Assembly (NCBI GenBank): GCA_963799485.1
Contig: CAWCXJ010000001.1
Span: 96,001 to 160,000, forward strand
From: an uncultured Trueperaceae bacterium
GTDB taxonomy: Bacteria; Deinococcota; Deinococci; Deinococcales; Trueperaceae
Direction of reading: 5' to 3'
DNA length: 64,000 nt
Shown here: one piece after another, positions 23,818-33,265 of the stretch
How the letters are laid out: the number at the start of each line of letters is the position of its first letter
Position numbering within the stretch: position 1 is the first letter of the stretch
The notes under the pieces: model-generated
Database searches by the model: none
The model's input: only the letters and a program-made list of their open reading frames with translations
Told to the model about the DNA's origin: nothing
Translations under genes and position numbers: made by a program

Positions 23818-24408
23818 ATGCGACTTTTAGACAACCAATTTTACTGGTGGCTCAACCGCCTCAGCAGTTACCTGCTCCTAAGCGGTTTGTGGCTCCTCTC
23901 TTCTTCACTGGTCATCACCCTCTTTCCGGCGACGGTCGCCATGTTTGCGGTGTTTCGCGCCTGGCAGGATAACCCCGACGACGCCTTTTATATACACTTC
24001 TTCGCCCGGTTTCGCACCTCTTTCGGGCAGGATTTTCTGCTCGGTCTTTTGTGGCTGCTCGTGGCGGCGCTGCTCGTTCTCAACGCGCTGCTGGTGCCGC
24101 AAGTCGCCGCCCCCTTGCGTCCGCTGGTTTTTGCGCTGATCGCGCTGGGGGCTGTTTTGTACTTTGCCGCGAGCGTATTTATCTTTCCCCTCCGGGTCGG
24201 TACGACACTGGGTTTGTGGGCGAGTGTCAGGGCCGCCGTTATTCTAGGCATGACGCAACTCGGGACGACGGCGCTTTGCCTCGGCGTGCTGGTACTCGCA
24301 GGGGTCGCCTTCTGGTTTTTCCCAGCCAGCTTGCTGCTGAGTGGGACGGTCGCCGCGCATCTCGTCTACCGACTCTGCTACCGCCGTATCGCCCAGATTT
24401 TTACGTGA
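23818..24408 (+). CDS. YesL/DUF624-family membrane protein
   Basis: LWLLSS.LVITLFPATVAMF motif; sugar ABC context. Confidence 0.8.
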   Translation: MRLLDNQFYWWLNRLSSYLLLSGLWLLSSSLVITLFPATVAMFAVFRAWQDNPDDAFYIHFFARFRTSFGQDFLLGLLWLLVAALLVLNALLVPQVAAPLRPLVFALIALGAVLYFAASVFIFPLRVGTTLGLWASVRAAVILGMTQLGTTALCLGVLVLAGVAFWFFPASLLLSGTVAAHLVYRLCYRRIAQIFT

Positions 24409-24412
24409 CCCG

Positions 24413-25288
24413 TCACTTGACACTGCCCAACGTAATCCCTTCTAAAAACGCCCGCTGAAAGAGTAAAAAGATGATGACGACCGGCAACACGATTAAAGTA
24501 GAAGCCGCCATCAGCAGATTGAACTGCACGTCGTACTGTGAGCGGAAAAACGTCAGGCCGATAGCGAGCGTGTATTTGCTCTCGTCCTGAAGGTAAATCA
24601 GCGGCCCGATAAAGTCGTTCCAGGCGTAGAGCGCCGCAAAAATCCCGATGACGCCGACAGCGGGCAGCGTCAACGGCAGAACGACCCTGCTAAAGACCTG
24701 AAACTCGTTCGCGCCGTCGATACGGGCGGCGTCGGAGACCTCCATCGGAATCTGCATGAGAAACTGCCGCATCAGAAAAATCCAGAAGGCTTGACCGAAA
24801 AACATCGGCACCACCAGCGGCAAAAAGGTGTTGATCCAGCCCAGCCGCGCGAAGATGTCGAAGAGTGCGATAATCACCACCGGAAAGGGGATAAACACGG
24901 TGGCCATGACCAGCAAGAACACCCGGTTGCGGCCCGGCCACTCGAGCCGCGAAAAGCCGTAGGCGATGAGCGGGTTTGAGATGACCGAACCGACGACCGT
25001 TAAAACCGTCACGGTTAAGGTGTTGCTCAAAAATCTGAAAAAAGGGATGTAATTCACCGCCTCGGTGAAGTTGCGCCACTGCGGATTTTGCGGAAACAGC
25101 GTCGGCGGAAAAACCGCGAGTTCCTGATCGGTTTTGAGGGCGGTGGCGATCATCCAGTAGAGCGGCAACAGCAGCGCGATACTAAAGAGGATGAGGAGAA
25201 ACCTCGAGACCCACTTTTGCGTCTCTTTACGAGTGCGGGTTTTGGGGCCGGTTGCCGGTTGACTGAGGGTTCTCGGCGTCGTCGCCAT
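24413..25288 (-). CDS. Carbohydrate ABC permease (MalG-like)
   Basis: DAARIDGA loop, WNDFIGPL; start coupled to the upstream stop. Confidence 0.93.
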   Translation of the reverse strand: MATTPRTLSQPATGPKTRTRKETQKWVSRFLLILFSIALLLPLYWMIATALKTDQELAVFPPTLFPQNPQWRNFTEAVNYIPFFRFLSNTLTVTVLTVVGSVISNPLIAYGFSRLEWPGRNRVFLLVMATVFIPFPVVIIALFDIFARLGWINTFLPLVVPMFFGQAFWIFLMRQFLMQIPMEVSDAARIDGANEFQVFSRVVLPLTLPAVGVIGIFAALYAWNDFIGPLIYLQDESKYTLAIGLTFFRSQYDVQFNLLMAASTLIVLPVVIIFLLFQRAFLEGITLGSVK

Positions 25289-26187
25289 CAGGCCACCGTC
25301 TCGTAGTTGACCCAGCGCCGCGAGGTGCGAAAAATCAGCAGCGCCAGAAAAAGCGTGATAATAAAGAGCACCCACGCCATCGCCGAGGCCGCGCCCATAT
25401 TGCTGTAGCGAAACGCTTGATTGTAGAGGTAGTACACGTAAAAGTTCGTGGCATTCGCCGGGCCGCCGGAGGTAATGATATAGGCTTGCGCGAAGACCTG
25501 AAGTCCCAAGCTGAGACCCAGAATCAGCGAGTAGAGGATGACGGGCGTCATGAGCGGCAGCGTGACGCTCCAAAAGCGGCGCAGCGGCCCCGCGCCATCT
25601 AGGACTGCGGCCTCATACAGCGTTTTGGGGATAGCTTTAAGTCCGGCTAAAAAAACCAGCGCGGTATTCCCCGCGCCGAACTGCGCCAACAAGACCAGCC
25701 CCAGCTTGGCGTAACGCGGGTCGCCGAACCAGTTGATGTTGGGTAGCCCCAGGGCCACCATCAGCTGATTGAAGATGCCGCGGTTGGGGTCAAGCAGCGC
25801 GATAAAGATGAACGACACCGCGAACAGGGGCAGCACCGAAGGCAAGTACAGTGCGGCGCGGTAGAGAGACACCTCACGTAAGGGCTGGTTCATGGCAATC
25901 GCCATCGCCATCGCCATCGCCACGACGATACCGATGGGCACGGCGAGCGCCGTGTAGTAGAGCGTATTCCAGAGCGAATCCCAAAAAACGGTATCCGTCC
26001 AGAGTGCCTTGTAGTTGGCGAAACCGACCCACAGCGGGGTACCGAAGCCGGTATAACGGGTAAAACTAATACGCAAGGTGTAAAAAACCGGGTAGACCGT
26101 AAACGCCAGAAAGCCTAAAATCCACGGCGAGATAAACATCAGGCCGAGGAGTAGTTTACGGCGCTCGAGTGGAGAAAGCCGGCGCAT
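25288..26187 (-). CDS. Carbohydrate ABC permease (MalF-like)
   Basis: VGFANY, LYEAAVLDGA, ASAMAW. Confidence 0.93.
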   Translation of the reverse strand: MRRLSPLERRKLLLGLMFISPWILGFLAFTVYPVFYTLRISFTRYTGFGTPLWVGFANYKALWTDTVFWDSLWNTLYYTALAVPIGIVVAMAMAMAIAMNQPLREVSLYRAALYLPSVLPLFAVSFIFIALLDPNRGIFNQLMVALGLPNINWFGDPRYAKLGLVLLAQFGAGNTALVFLAGLKAIPKTLYEAAVLDGAGPLRRFWSVTLPLMTPVILYSLILGLSLGLQVFAQAYIITSGGPANATNFYVYYLYNQAFRYSNMGAASAMAWVLFIITLFLALLIFRTSRRWVNYETVA

Positions 26188-26203
26188 CAGAAACCTCCAA
26201 ACA

Positions 26204-26230
26204 AGGTGCCGGAGGTTTACTCCGGCACCT
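26204..26230. terminator. Hairpin between the binding-protein and permease genes (terminator or mRNA stabiliser)
   Basis: AGGTGCCGGAG-GTTTA-CTCCGGCACCT. Confidence 0.65.
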
Positions 26231-26252
26231 GAAAGCTAGAGCGAGCGGTGGG

Positions 26253-27170
26253 CTAGTTCGCCGCCGCTTGGAGTTGGGCGCAAAACGGTTGCAGCTGCGG
26301 CTGCACACGCGCCGCAACTTGCTCCAAAGCGGGTAGCGGCTCTTGCTGATTGAGGTAAACCTTTTCCCAGGCGCTTGTCAGCTCGTCCCAGTAGAGCGCG
26401 CCGACAGGGAGCGGTGGGCGGTTCTGAGCGGTCGGGAGTAGGTCTCTAAAAAACCGGTACCTACCTTTGAAGAGCGACTGATCCTCGAGCAGCGCCGTCA
26501 ACGTCGGCAAGCGTTGCCTCTCGGTGGTGTAAACGCGCTGCCCCGGCTCACCGGCAAAGTACTTCATAAATTCAAAGGCGGCTTCAGGTTCTTTGGCGCC
26601 CTGCGGCATCACTACCGACCAGCCTCCGGCCCACGTCACCGACTCGCCGCCTTCGGTTGCTGCGGGAATATAGGTTACGCCGTAGTTGAGGTCGGGCGCA
26701 TAGCGCTCCAGGTTGCTGAGCATCCAGTCGCCGGTAATGACCATCGCCAGCTGCTGCGCGATAAAGGGGTTTTGCTGCGGGGGCAAGTCGGGCCGGGTAA
26801 AGGCTTGCCGAAACGCCTGCACCTGCTGTGGGCCTTTTTCGGCGGCGTAGTCGTAGGCGTACCGAAACGCCGCGACGACCCCTTCGTTTGTCGGCGTCAC
26901 CTGACACGCAGCTTCGTCGTAAAAGCTGCCGCCGAAATCGAAGCCGTAGGTGTAGTGCCAGCCCTGCTCGAACCAGGGGATAAAGCCCATCTTGTCATAG
27001 TTGCCCTCGGCGTTTTTCTGATCAACTTGAGCGGCGAGTTCCCCGACGCGGGCCAGCGTCACCGGGCCGTTGGCGGGCTCGAGTTCGCTGACGTCGACCC
27101 CGGCGGCCTCCAACATGTCGATGTTGTAGTAGAGCGCGCGGGCATCGGTATCGAAAGGCAGTGCGTAGGG
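26253..27170 (-). pseudogene. 5'-truncated sugar ABC substrate-binding protein
   Basis: Begins at the internal motif PYALPFDTDARALYYN; no signal peptide; later MVITGDW, WAGGWSVV, AFEFMKYF. Confidence 0.85.
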
Positions 27171-27377
27171 GTACCGCAAGAGTTGGCGGTAGTCGGTTTC
27201 GACGACGTTCCCTTAGCGGAAGCGCGCGCGCTCACGACGGTTGCGCAACCGAGCCGAGAGATCGGTTTGCAGGCGGCGCGGCAACTGCTCAGCCGTATCG
27301 GGGGTGACACCTCCCCGGCGAAGCGGCTGCTGCTCCCGACGCGGCTGGTGGTGCGCGGGTCGTGCGGGGCACGCTAA
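27168..27377 (+). pseudogene. C-terminal remnant of a LacI-family regulator
   Basis: VPQELAVVGFDDVPLA...LTTVAQP..EIG..AA..LL...LLPTRLVVRGSC; no HTH or start codon. Confidence 0.88.
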
Positions 27378-27486
27378 GCCCCGGTTTTGCAAGCACCGTA
27401 AAACGTCGCGGCAACCCGTTAGGTGCCGCTGGCTGGGCTTTTATTTGGGTGTGGGGCTGAAGTCAGGACTGCTGCTTGACTCGAGC

Positions 27487-28098
27487 CTACGGCGTAAAGC
27501 CAAACGTCGTTTCGACAACGCCCGGTAAAACGCGGTAGATAGAGCGCCCTATAGCCGCCTCCATCTCCGCTTGAACACCGAACAAAGCCCGCCATTTCGA
27601 GACGGTCAGCGTGTCTACGCCGTAGCGTAGCGCCACGTCCAGACACCGTTTTTCGATCAAGCAGACCCCTTCGGGAAGTGCAAGTGCGTCGCAAAGTTGA
27701 ATGAGTCTGTCGTAAGGGGTATAGGTTAAACTCATGAGATAGGTTTCAGCCATACTCAGTTCGGTTTCGGTGCAGTCCCAGCTGCCGAAAACAGCGTAGA
27801 TATCTTGTAGCGGGTGGGAATGGGTCAAACAGATACGCGCCGCATCTTCGTAACCCAAATTGTGCAAGAACGTATACCCGTCGAGCGTGTGCCGCATGTT
27901 TGTAACGCCCTCTTGTCTACCGATGTCATGGAGCAAACCCAGGATATAGGCGCTTCCGGGCTCTAGCTGTGGATGCACTTCAGCAAGGTGACGGGCAGCC
28001 AGCGCTACGTTGCGAGAATGCGCTACCCAAGGGCCGGGATTTCTCGCTTCGGCCTCGTCTAAAAGCTTCTCTGCTTCGGCTAATGTAGGAATATTCAT
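27487..28098 (-). CDS. HD-domain metal-dependent phosphohydrolase
   Basis: WVAHS, GLLHDIGR, ICLTHS, QLCDAL. Confidence 0.85.
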   Translation of the reverse strand: MNIPTLAEAEKLLDEAEARNPGPWVAHSRNVALAARHLAEVHPQLEPGSAYILGLLHDIGRQEGVTNMRHTLDGYTFLHNLGYEDAARICLTHSHPLQDIYAVFGSWDCTETELSMAETYLMSLTYTPYDRLIQLCDALALPEGVCLIEKRCLDVALRYGVDTLTVSKWRALFGVQAEMEAAIGRSIYRVLPGVVETTFGFTP

Positions 28099-28115
28099 CA
28101 GCCTAGTTTAGCCCG

Positions 28116-28146
28116 AAAAAAATGCCCCCTCGAGCCTCGAGGGGGG
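28116..28146 (-). terminator. Intrinsic terminator after the BMP gene
   Basis: CCCCCTCGAG/CTCGAGGGGG stem with an adjacent A7 run (U tail on the minus strand). Confidence 0.75.
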
Positions 28147-28169
28147 TTAAACTCTCTCGTTCTAAAGGT

Positions 28170-29312
28170 TTACGGCTCGTCGGGCCACGGCCCCTCGACA
28201 CCTTCCACAGCCCACTGCATACTCGTCAAATCACCGACGCTCATCACTGCGCCGTCAGCGACGACCTCGTTACCCTTACGGTCGGTCAGCGGCCCGCTAA
28301 AGGGTTCAAAGGCGGGCGGGTCTTGCGACATCTGCCCCAAGCGTTTCATCACCAGGTCGTAAACCGAAATCTCGCCGAGTTCGCTGTCTTCCACAGATTT
28401 AGCCTTGAGCGCGTCCGTAAACACCGGATTGATGACCGTACCGACGTCCGCGCCGGTTTCGACTGCGCCGCTCGCCAAGAGCGACCAGTAGTCCACGGCT
28501 TCCATGTTTTGCGGCGTATAGGTGCCGTCGCGAATTTTGGTCAGGATGTCGCGGTAGATTTTGTCCCAGTGGACGATCTGCCCGGAAACCACATAATCGG
28601 GGGCAAACGCAAGCATCGGCGAGTAGTGCCCGAAGCTCGGCAATTTGTTCCGCGCGGCGACCTGCACGACGGTAGCGGTATCTTCGGTAAAGGCGAACAC
28701 GTCTACCCCGTCGGCGACAAGCGCCTGCGTCGCCTCGGTCGCGGCGACGGGGTTATAAAAAGCGTTAAGCCAGCGGACGCTGACGGTCGCGTCCGGGTTG
28801 ACCGCGCGCGCACCCATGGTAAAGGCGTTGATGTGCCGTTTGATCTCGGGGATAGGAACGGAACCGACGTAACCAAGTTTGCCACTCTCGGACAGCGCAC
28901 CCGCCATGAGGCCGTTTAGGTAGTAGATTTGGTAAAACTCGGCGGTGTAGGTCGCCACGTTCGGCGCACGCATAAAGCCGGTAGCGTTGGCAAAAATTAC
29001 CTCCGGATAGCGGGCGGCGGCGGCTAGGGTCGCGTCCATAAAACCAAAACTCGTCGTGAAGATGACGTTCGCGCCCTGATTTACGAGCTGGTCGATAAAA
29101 ACTTCCGCGTCGGCTTCGGGCACCGATTCAACCGCGATGGTGTCCAACCAATCAAATTCGTCGTCGAGCATTTGCCGCGCCTGGTCGTGCGCCTCTGTCC
29201 AGCCGTTGTCGTCGGTCGGGCCGACGTAGATAAAGCCGGCGGTGATCTTGTCTTGCTGGGCCAGCGCAAAAGTAAAAATTGCGAGAAAAATCAGAACCGA
29301 AAAACGCCGCAC
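28170..29312 (-). CDS. BMP-family (purine/nucleoside) ABC substrate-binding protein
   Basis: GFIYVGP.DD.GWT.AHDQAR, IFTTSFGFMD, INAFTMGA..VNP; signal peptide; GGAGG before GTG 29312. Confidence 0.92.
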   Translation of the reverse strand: MRRFSVLIFLAIFTFALAQQDKITAGFIYVGPTDDNGWTEAHDQARQMLDDEFDWLDTIAVESVPEADAEVFIDQLVNQGANVIFTTSFGFMDATLAAAARYPEVIFANATGFMRAPNVATYTAEFYQIYYLNGLMAGALSESGKLGYVGSVPIPEIKRHINAFTMGARAVNPDATVSVRWLNAFYNPVAATEATQALVADGVDVFAFTEDTATVVQVAARNKLPSFGHYSPMLAFAPDYVVSGQIVHWDKIYRDILTKIRDGTYTPQNMEAVDYWSLLASGAVETGADVGTVINPVFTDALKAKSVEDSELGEISVYDLVMKRLGQMSQDPPAFEPFSGPLTDRKGNEVVADGAVMSVGDLTSMQWAVEGVEGPWPDEP

Positions 29313-29504
29313 GTAGACCTCCTGGGGAGACTCGAGGAAAAGACTCGAGTCCACTTTGGTCAGTATATGAAGTTATCGGGCATGACTGCAATCGTCTGTG
29401 CGAACATAAAGCTATTTTGCTCCTGACACTTTGCTGCGTTCTGGTACGTTATACCGTAAAAAATCCCTGATTGACGCTTTGATGTGCTTTTGCTACCGTA
29501 CAGT

Positions 29505-30539
29505 ATGTCTTTGACCGATGTTGAAATTACGGGTGCTCGAGCCGAGTCCGAGCGTCTCAAACCCGGCGCTGGCGACCCGGTGCTAGCGCGGCAGTGGATG
29601 GCCTTGGCCCGCAGCGAAGACGTTACCGATGAACCTTTACGCGCTGAACTTTTAGGTGAAGCAGTCGTCCTGTGGCGAAGTGAAACGGGTTTGAGAGCGT
29701 TTCGTGACCTCTGCATCCACCGGGGGGCAGCCCTGTCGCTCGGGCGGGTCGAGGGCGGCGAGCTGGTCTGTCCGTATCACGGCTGGCGTTACGGCGAAGA
29801 CGGCGCGTGTACGAAGATTCCGGCGCAACCTGCCGGGGCGAAGGTGCCGACGAAAGCGTGGGCGCTCACCTACGCGTGTGAAGAGCGTTACGGGCTCGTT
29901 TGGGTGGCGTTGGGGGCCCCTGAAACCGAAGTTCCTGTTTACGCCGAGGCCACTGAACCCGGTTTCTATACCCTCAGCGTCGGCCCCTATACGTTAAATG
30001 CCGAACCGCCCCGCGTCATCGAAAACTTTCTAGACGTGTCGCACCTCATGTGGGTCCACGAAGGCTTGTTGGGCGTCCCCGACTACGCCGAAATCCCCGA
30101 CCACCACGTCTACCGCGTCGGCAACACGCTCCGCAGCGACCCCATCGACATCTTTCAACCCGACCCCGACGGACGCGGCAAGGCGCTCACCAACCGTTAC
30201 GTCTACGAGGTTTTAGCCCCAACCACCGCCCGCTTCCGCAAAACCGACCCGGACACCGGCGAGGTCTTTTCGATGCTCCTGCACGCGACGCCGACCGCCG
30301 CAGGGGAGACGCTTGCCTACGCGCTCTTGTCGCGCAACTACGATTTGGACGCTTCTGATGAGACGTATATCGACTTTCAGAACACGCTGATGGCACAGGA
30401 CAAACGCATTATCGAGTCCCAGCGCCCGGAAAATCTGCCTTTGGATTTGCAGGCCGAGTTGCACCTCAAGTCGGACAGGTTGGCGATTGCGTATCGTAAG
30501 TATCTGAACGAGTTGGGAGTAGAAAGAGGAACCGCGTAG
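29505..30539 (+). CDS. Rieske non-heme iron oxygenase (VanA/Ndm-like demethylase group)
   Basis: CIHRGA...CPYHGW; ENFLDVSHLMWVH; leaderless promoter TTGACG-17 nt-TACCGT before ATG 29505. Confidence 0.92.
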   Translation: MSLTDVEITGARAESERLKPGAGDPVLARQWMALARSEDVTDEPLRAELLGEAVVLWRSETGLRAFRDLCIHRGAALSLGRVEGGELVCPYHGWRYGEDGACTKIPAQPAGAKVPTKAWALTYACEERYGLVWVALGAPETEVPVYAEATEPGFYTLSVGPYTLNAEPPRVIENFLDVSHLMWVHEGLLGVPDYAEIPDHHVYRVGNTLRSDPIDIFQPDPDGRGKALTNRYVYEVLAPTTARFRKTDPDTGEVFSMLLHATPTAAGETLAYALLSRNYDLDASDETYIDFQNTLMAQDKRIIESQRPENLPLDLQAELHLKSDRLAIAYRKYLNELGVERGTA

Positions 30540-30573
30540 CTACAACCCGTTTCAGGTCGGGTAATATTTTGAA

Positions 30574-31179
30574 ATGGACATACTGGGTTTGCTAGAAGAG
30601 ATACAGACGGTTGCTCGTAATGGTCTCAATTACACGCAGAACATTTACGACCGTGAACGCTACGAACATCTGCTGAGCCTCAGTGTCCAACATTACGCCG
30701 AGCTGCTAGATAGCCCCACATCCGAGGTCAGAGAAAAGCTTAGCCAAGAGCTTGGTCATATCACTCCCAAACTTGGGGGTGACGCTGCTATTTTTGATGA
30801 CCAAGGACGTATTCTGCTCATGGACAGGGTAGATGGTAGCGGTTGGTGTCTGCCCTGTGGTTGGGTTGAACCCAATGAGCGCCCTGCTGATACGGCGGTT
30901 AGGGAAACGAAAGAAGAGACGGGACTCGAGGTCGAAGTACGCCGTCTAGTAGGTGTCTTCTCACGTCTTGCAAGCCAAACGACGGGTCTTCACAGCATGA
31001 GCGCGGTAGTTCATCTCTGTGATGTTACGGGCGGTGAACTTACGCTGTCCCATGAAGGTTTAGGGCTACGCTATTGGCATCTTGACGAAGTACCTCTCTG
31101 GTCTCCTGAGCATGACAAGAAGGCCCGAGCAGCGCACGCAATGTGGATTTCTGAAGACATGGACGCTGTTTCCGACTAG
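30574..31179 (+). CDS. Nudix hydrolase with N-terminal helical domain
   Basis: IARNGL-like start followed by YDRERY, TPKLG, and Nudix box GWVEPNERPADTAVRETKEETG. Confidence 0.9.
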   Translation: MDILGLLEEIQTVARNGLNYTQNIYDRERYEHLLSLSVQHYAELLDSPTSEVREKLSQELGHITPKLGGDAAIFDDQGRILLMDRVDGSGWCLPCGWVEPNERPADTAVRETKEETGLEVEVRRLVGVFSRLASQTTGLHSMSAVVHLCDVTGGELTLSHEGLGLRYWHLDEVPLWSPEHDKKARAAHAMWISEDMDAVSD

Positions 31180-31214
31180 CTTCATATCTTCTACCCATAG
31201 CCAAGAAAAATACT

Positions 31215-32144
31215 CTACCGTTCCCCCCGTGTATACGGCTCTCCAAGCGCCGCCGGTGCCCCCGCCTGCCTGCCCCCGCGCCCAAGCGCAATCAGCGTTA
31301 GCGACAAGATAGTCACAAGGTACGGCAACATCTGCAAAAACTCGGCAGGAAACACGTTTTGTAACCGAAACGCCAGGTGAAAACACGCGCCGAAGATAAA
31401 CGCCGCAAAAATCGCCCGCACGGGTCGCCACGCCGCAAAAATCACGATAGCGAGCGCAATCCAGCCCATTCCGGCAGTCATCCCGTCCGTCCAGGTCGGG
31501 CGGTACGCCAAAGACAGATACGCCCCGGCAATCCCTGCCATTACGCCGCCGAACACCACGCAGAGGTAGCGCACCAAAAAGACGTTGATACCGAGCGCGT
31601 CGGTTGCTGCCGGGGACTCACCCGCCGAGCGGACGATGACGCCGATTTTGGTCGTAAACAGAACGACGCCGAGCAAAATAGCGACGATGAGCCCCGCATA
31701 GGTCAGCAGGTATTGACCCGTAAAAAGCGCAGGGCCGAGAATGGGCACAGCTGAGAGGCCCGGTACGTTTACGGTCTGCATCGGGTCGGTGAGCGGAATC
31801 CCGACGTAGTTGCGCCCCACAAGCCCCGCCAGCCCGAGGCCGAAGATGGTCAGCGCCAGCCCGGAAACGTACTGATTTGCCCGTAAAGTCACCGAAAAAA
31901 AGGCGTGAACGAGTCCGGCCAGTCCGCCGACGGCTGCGGCTGCGGCAAGTCCCAGCAGGGGAGAGCCGGTCGTCTGCGCGGCGATAAAGCCCGAAATCGC
32001 CCCTAAAATCATCATCCCTTCGACGCCCAGGTTGACGACGCCGGCGCGTTCGGCGTAGATTTCACCCAGAGCGGCCCACAAGAGCGGGGTGCTGAAGGCG
32101 AGCGAGCGGGCGATAGTCGGGACGAGCCAGGACTCGAGTTCCAC
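31215..32144 (-). CDS. Nucleoside-type ABC permease
   Basis: ERAGVVNLGVEGMM, GMGWIALAIV, PAALGEPY. Confidence 0.92.
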   Translation of the reverse strand: MELESWLVPTIARSLAFSTPLLWAALGEIYAERAGVVNLGVEGMMILGAISGFIAAQTTGSPLLGLAAAAAVGGLAGLVHAFFSVTLRANQYVSGLALTIFGLGLAGLVGRNYVGIPLTDPMQTVNVPGLSAVPILGPALFTGQYLLTYAGLIVAILLGVVLFTTKIGVIVRSAGESPAATDALGINVFLVRYLCVVFGGVMAGIAGAYLSLAYRPTWTDGMTAGMGWIALAIVIFAAWRPVRAIFAAFIFGACFHLAFRLQNVFPAEFLQMLPYLVTILSLTLIALGRGGRQAGAPAALGEPYTRGER

Positions 32145-33265
32145 TAGTCACTTCCTTCGGGCGCGGGTTGGGCCGCAGGTACAGCGACCCGGCTGCTTTC
32201 ACGCCGCCAGCGGTAACGCAGGAGCGGTTCGGTACCGATTAAAAAGAACAAAATGAGCCCGCTCATGACCCCGGTAATTTCAGCGGGCATCCGGAGCGTG
32301 ACCCGCACCACGTCGCCGGTTGCCGAAACCCAGCCGAGCAGCAGCGCCGTAAGAATCGCTGCGAGTGGGTTTCCCCGTGCGAGCAGCGCCACGATGATGG
32401 CGGTGTAGCCGAATCCGAGCGAGAGCTGACCCGGCTCGATTAAGCGGTGATGCAGCCCCGCGACCTCGCCGACGCCTGCGAGCCCCGCCGCGCCCGCCGC
32501 AATGAGAATCAACAAGAGGGTTGTCCGGGTAAAGTTAATGCCCGCGTAGCGCGCAGCTTTAGGGCTCTGACCCAAGACTTTGGTTTCAAACCCGAGCGTC
32601 GTTTTAGAGAGTAAAAACAGCACGGCAAAGGCCAGTAAGACGCCTAAAACGAGCGTCGGCCAGTGCAGCCGCGTACCGGGGAGAACCGGGAGCCACGCCG
32701 CCGGGACGAACGTGTCCGTAATCGCCATACCGCGCGTGCTGAGGCCTTTCCACGGGCCGTAAATCAGGTACTGCACGAGATAGCTAGCGACGTAGTTGAG
32801 CATCAGGGTGGTGATGACCTCGCTCACGCCGAGCCGCACTTTGAGAAGTGCGGGCAACAAGCCCCAGAGTGCCCCGCCTAAAAATCCGGCGAGAAACATT
32901 AAGATTAACAGCCACGGTGCGCCGAGCGGAACGAACAGCGCGACGCCCGACGCGGCAATCGCTCCCGCCAAAATCTGCCCTTCTGCGCCGATATTCCAGA
33001 ACTGGGCCCGAAATGCCAAGACCAGCCCGACACCTGCCAAAAGCAGCGGGATGGCTTTACGCAGCACTTCGGCAAAGCCCCGGAAGTTGCCCAGCGTACT
33101 CGCCAGAATGTCGCGGTAGGCGGTGACGGGGTTGTGACCGTAGGCCCAGAAGATGAGACCGGTGACGAACAGGGCGGCGAAAACGGCCCCCACCGACACG
33201 AGCAAGACGAGTGCGCGTGAGGGGTTGGGGCGGGGCTCGAGCCGCCAGCCGCCAAGCTTAAACAT
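32144..33265 (-). CDS. Nucleoside-type ABC permease
   Basis: WNIGAEGQ, EVITTLMLNY, AARYAGI, GYTAIIVALL. Confidence 0.92.
   Translation of the reverse strand: MFKLGGWRLEPRPNPSRALVLLVSVGAVFAALFVTGLIFWAYGHNPVTAYRDILASTLGNFRGFAEVLRKAIPLLLAGVGLVLAFRAQFWNIGAEGQILAGAIAASGVALFVPLGAPWLLILMFLAGFLGGALWGLLPALLKVRLGVSEVITTLMLNYVASYLVQYLIYGPWKGLSTRGMAITDTFVPAAWLPVLPGTRLHWPTLVLGVLLAFAVLFLLSKTTLGFETKVLGQSPKAARYAGINFTRTTLLLILIAAGAAGLAGVGEVAGLHHRLIEPGQLSLGFGYTAIIVALLARGNPLAAILTALLLGWVSATGDVVRVTLRMPAEITGVMSGLILFFLIGTEPLLRYRWRRESSRVAVPAAQPAPEGSD

Noticed and set aside
26514..27377. 287-aa plus-strand ORF as a real gene
   Set aside because: The first ~218 codons are antisense to the binding-protein gene; only the LacI tail is genuine
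29313..29504. Purine riboswitch or radiation/desiccation response motif before the BMP gene
   Set aside because: No aptamer consensus visible; TTATGTTCGCACAGAC does not fit the 17-bp palindrome spacing
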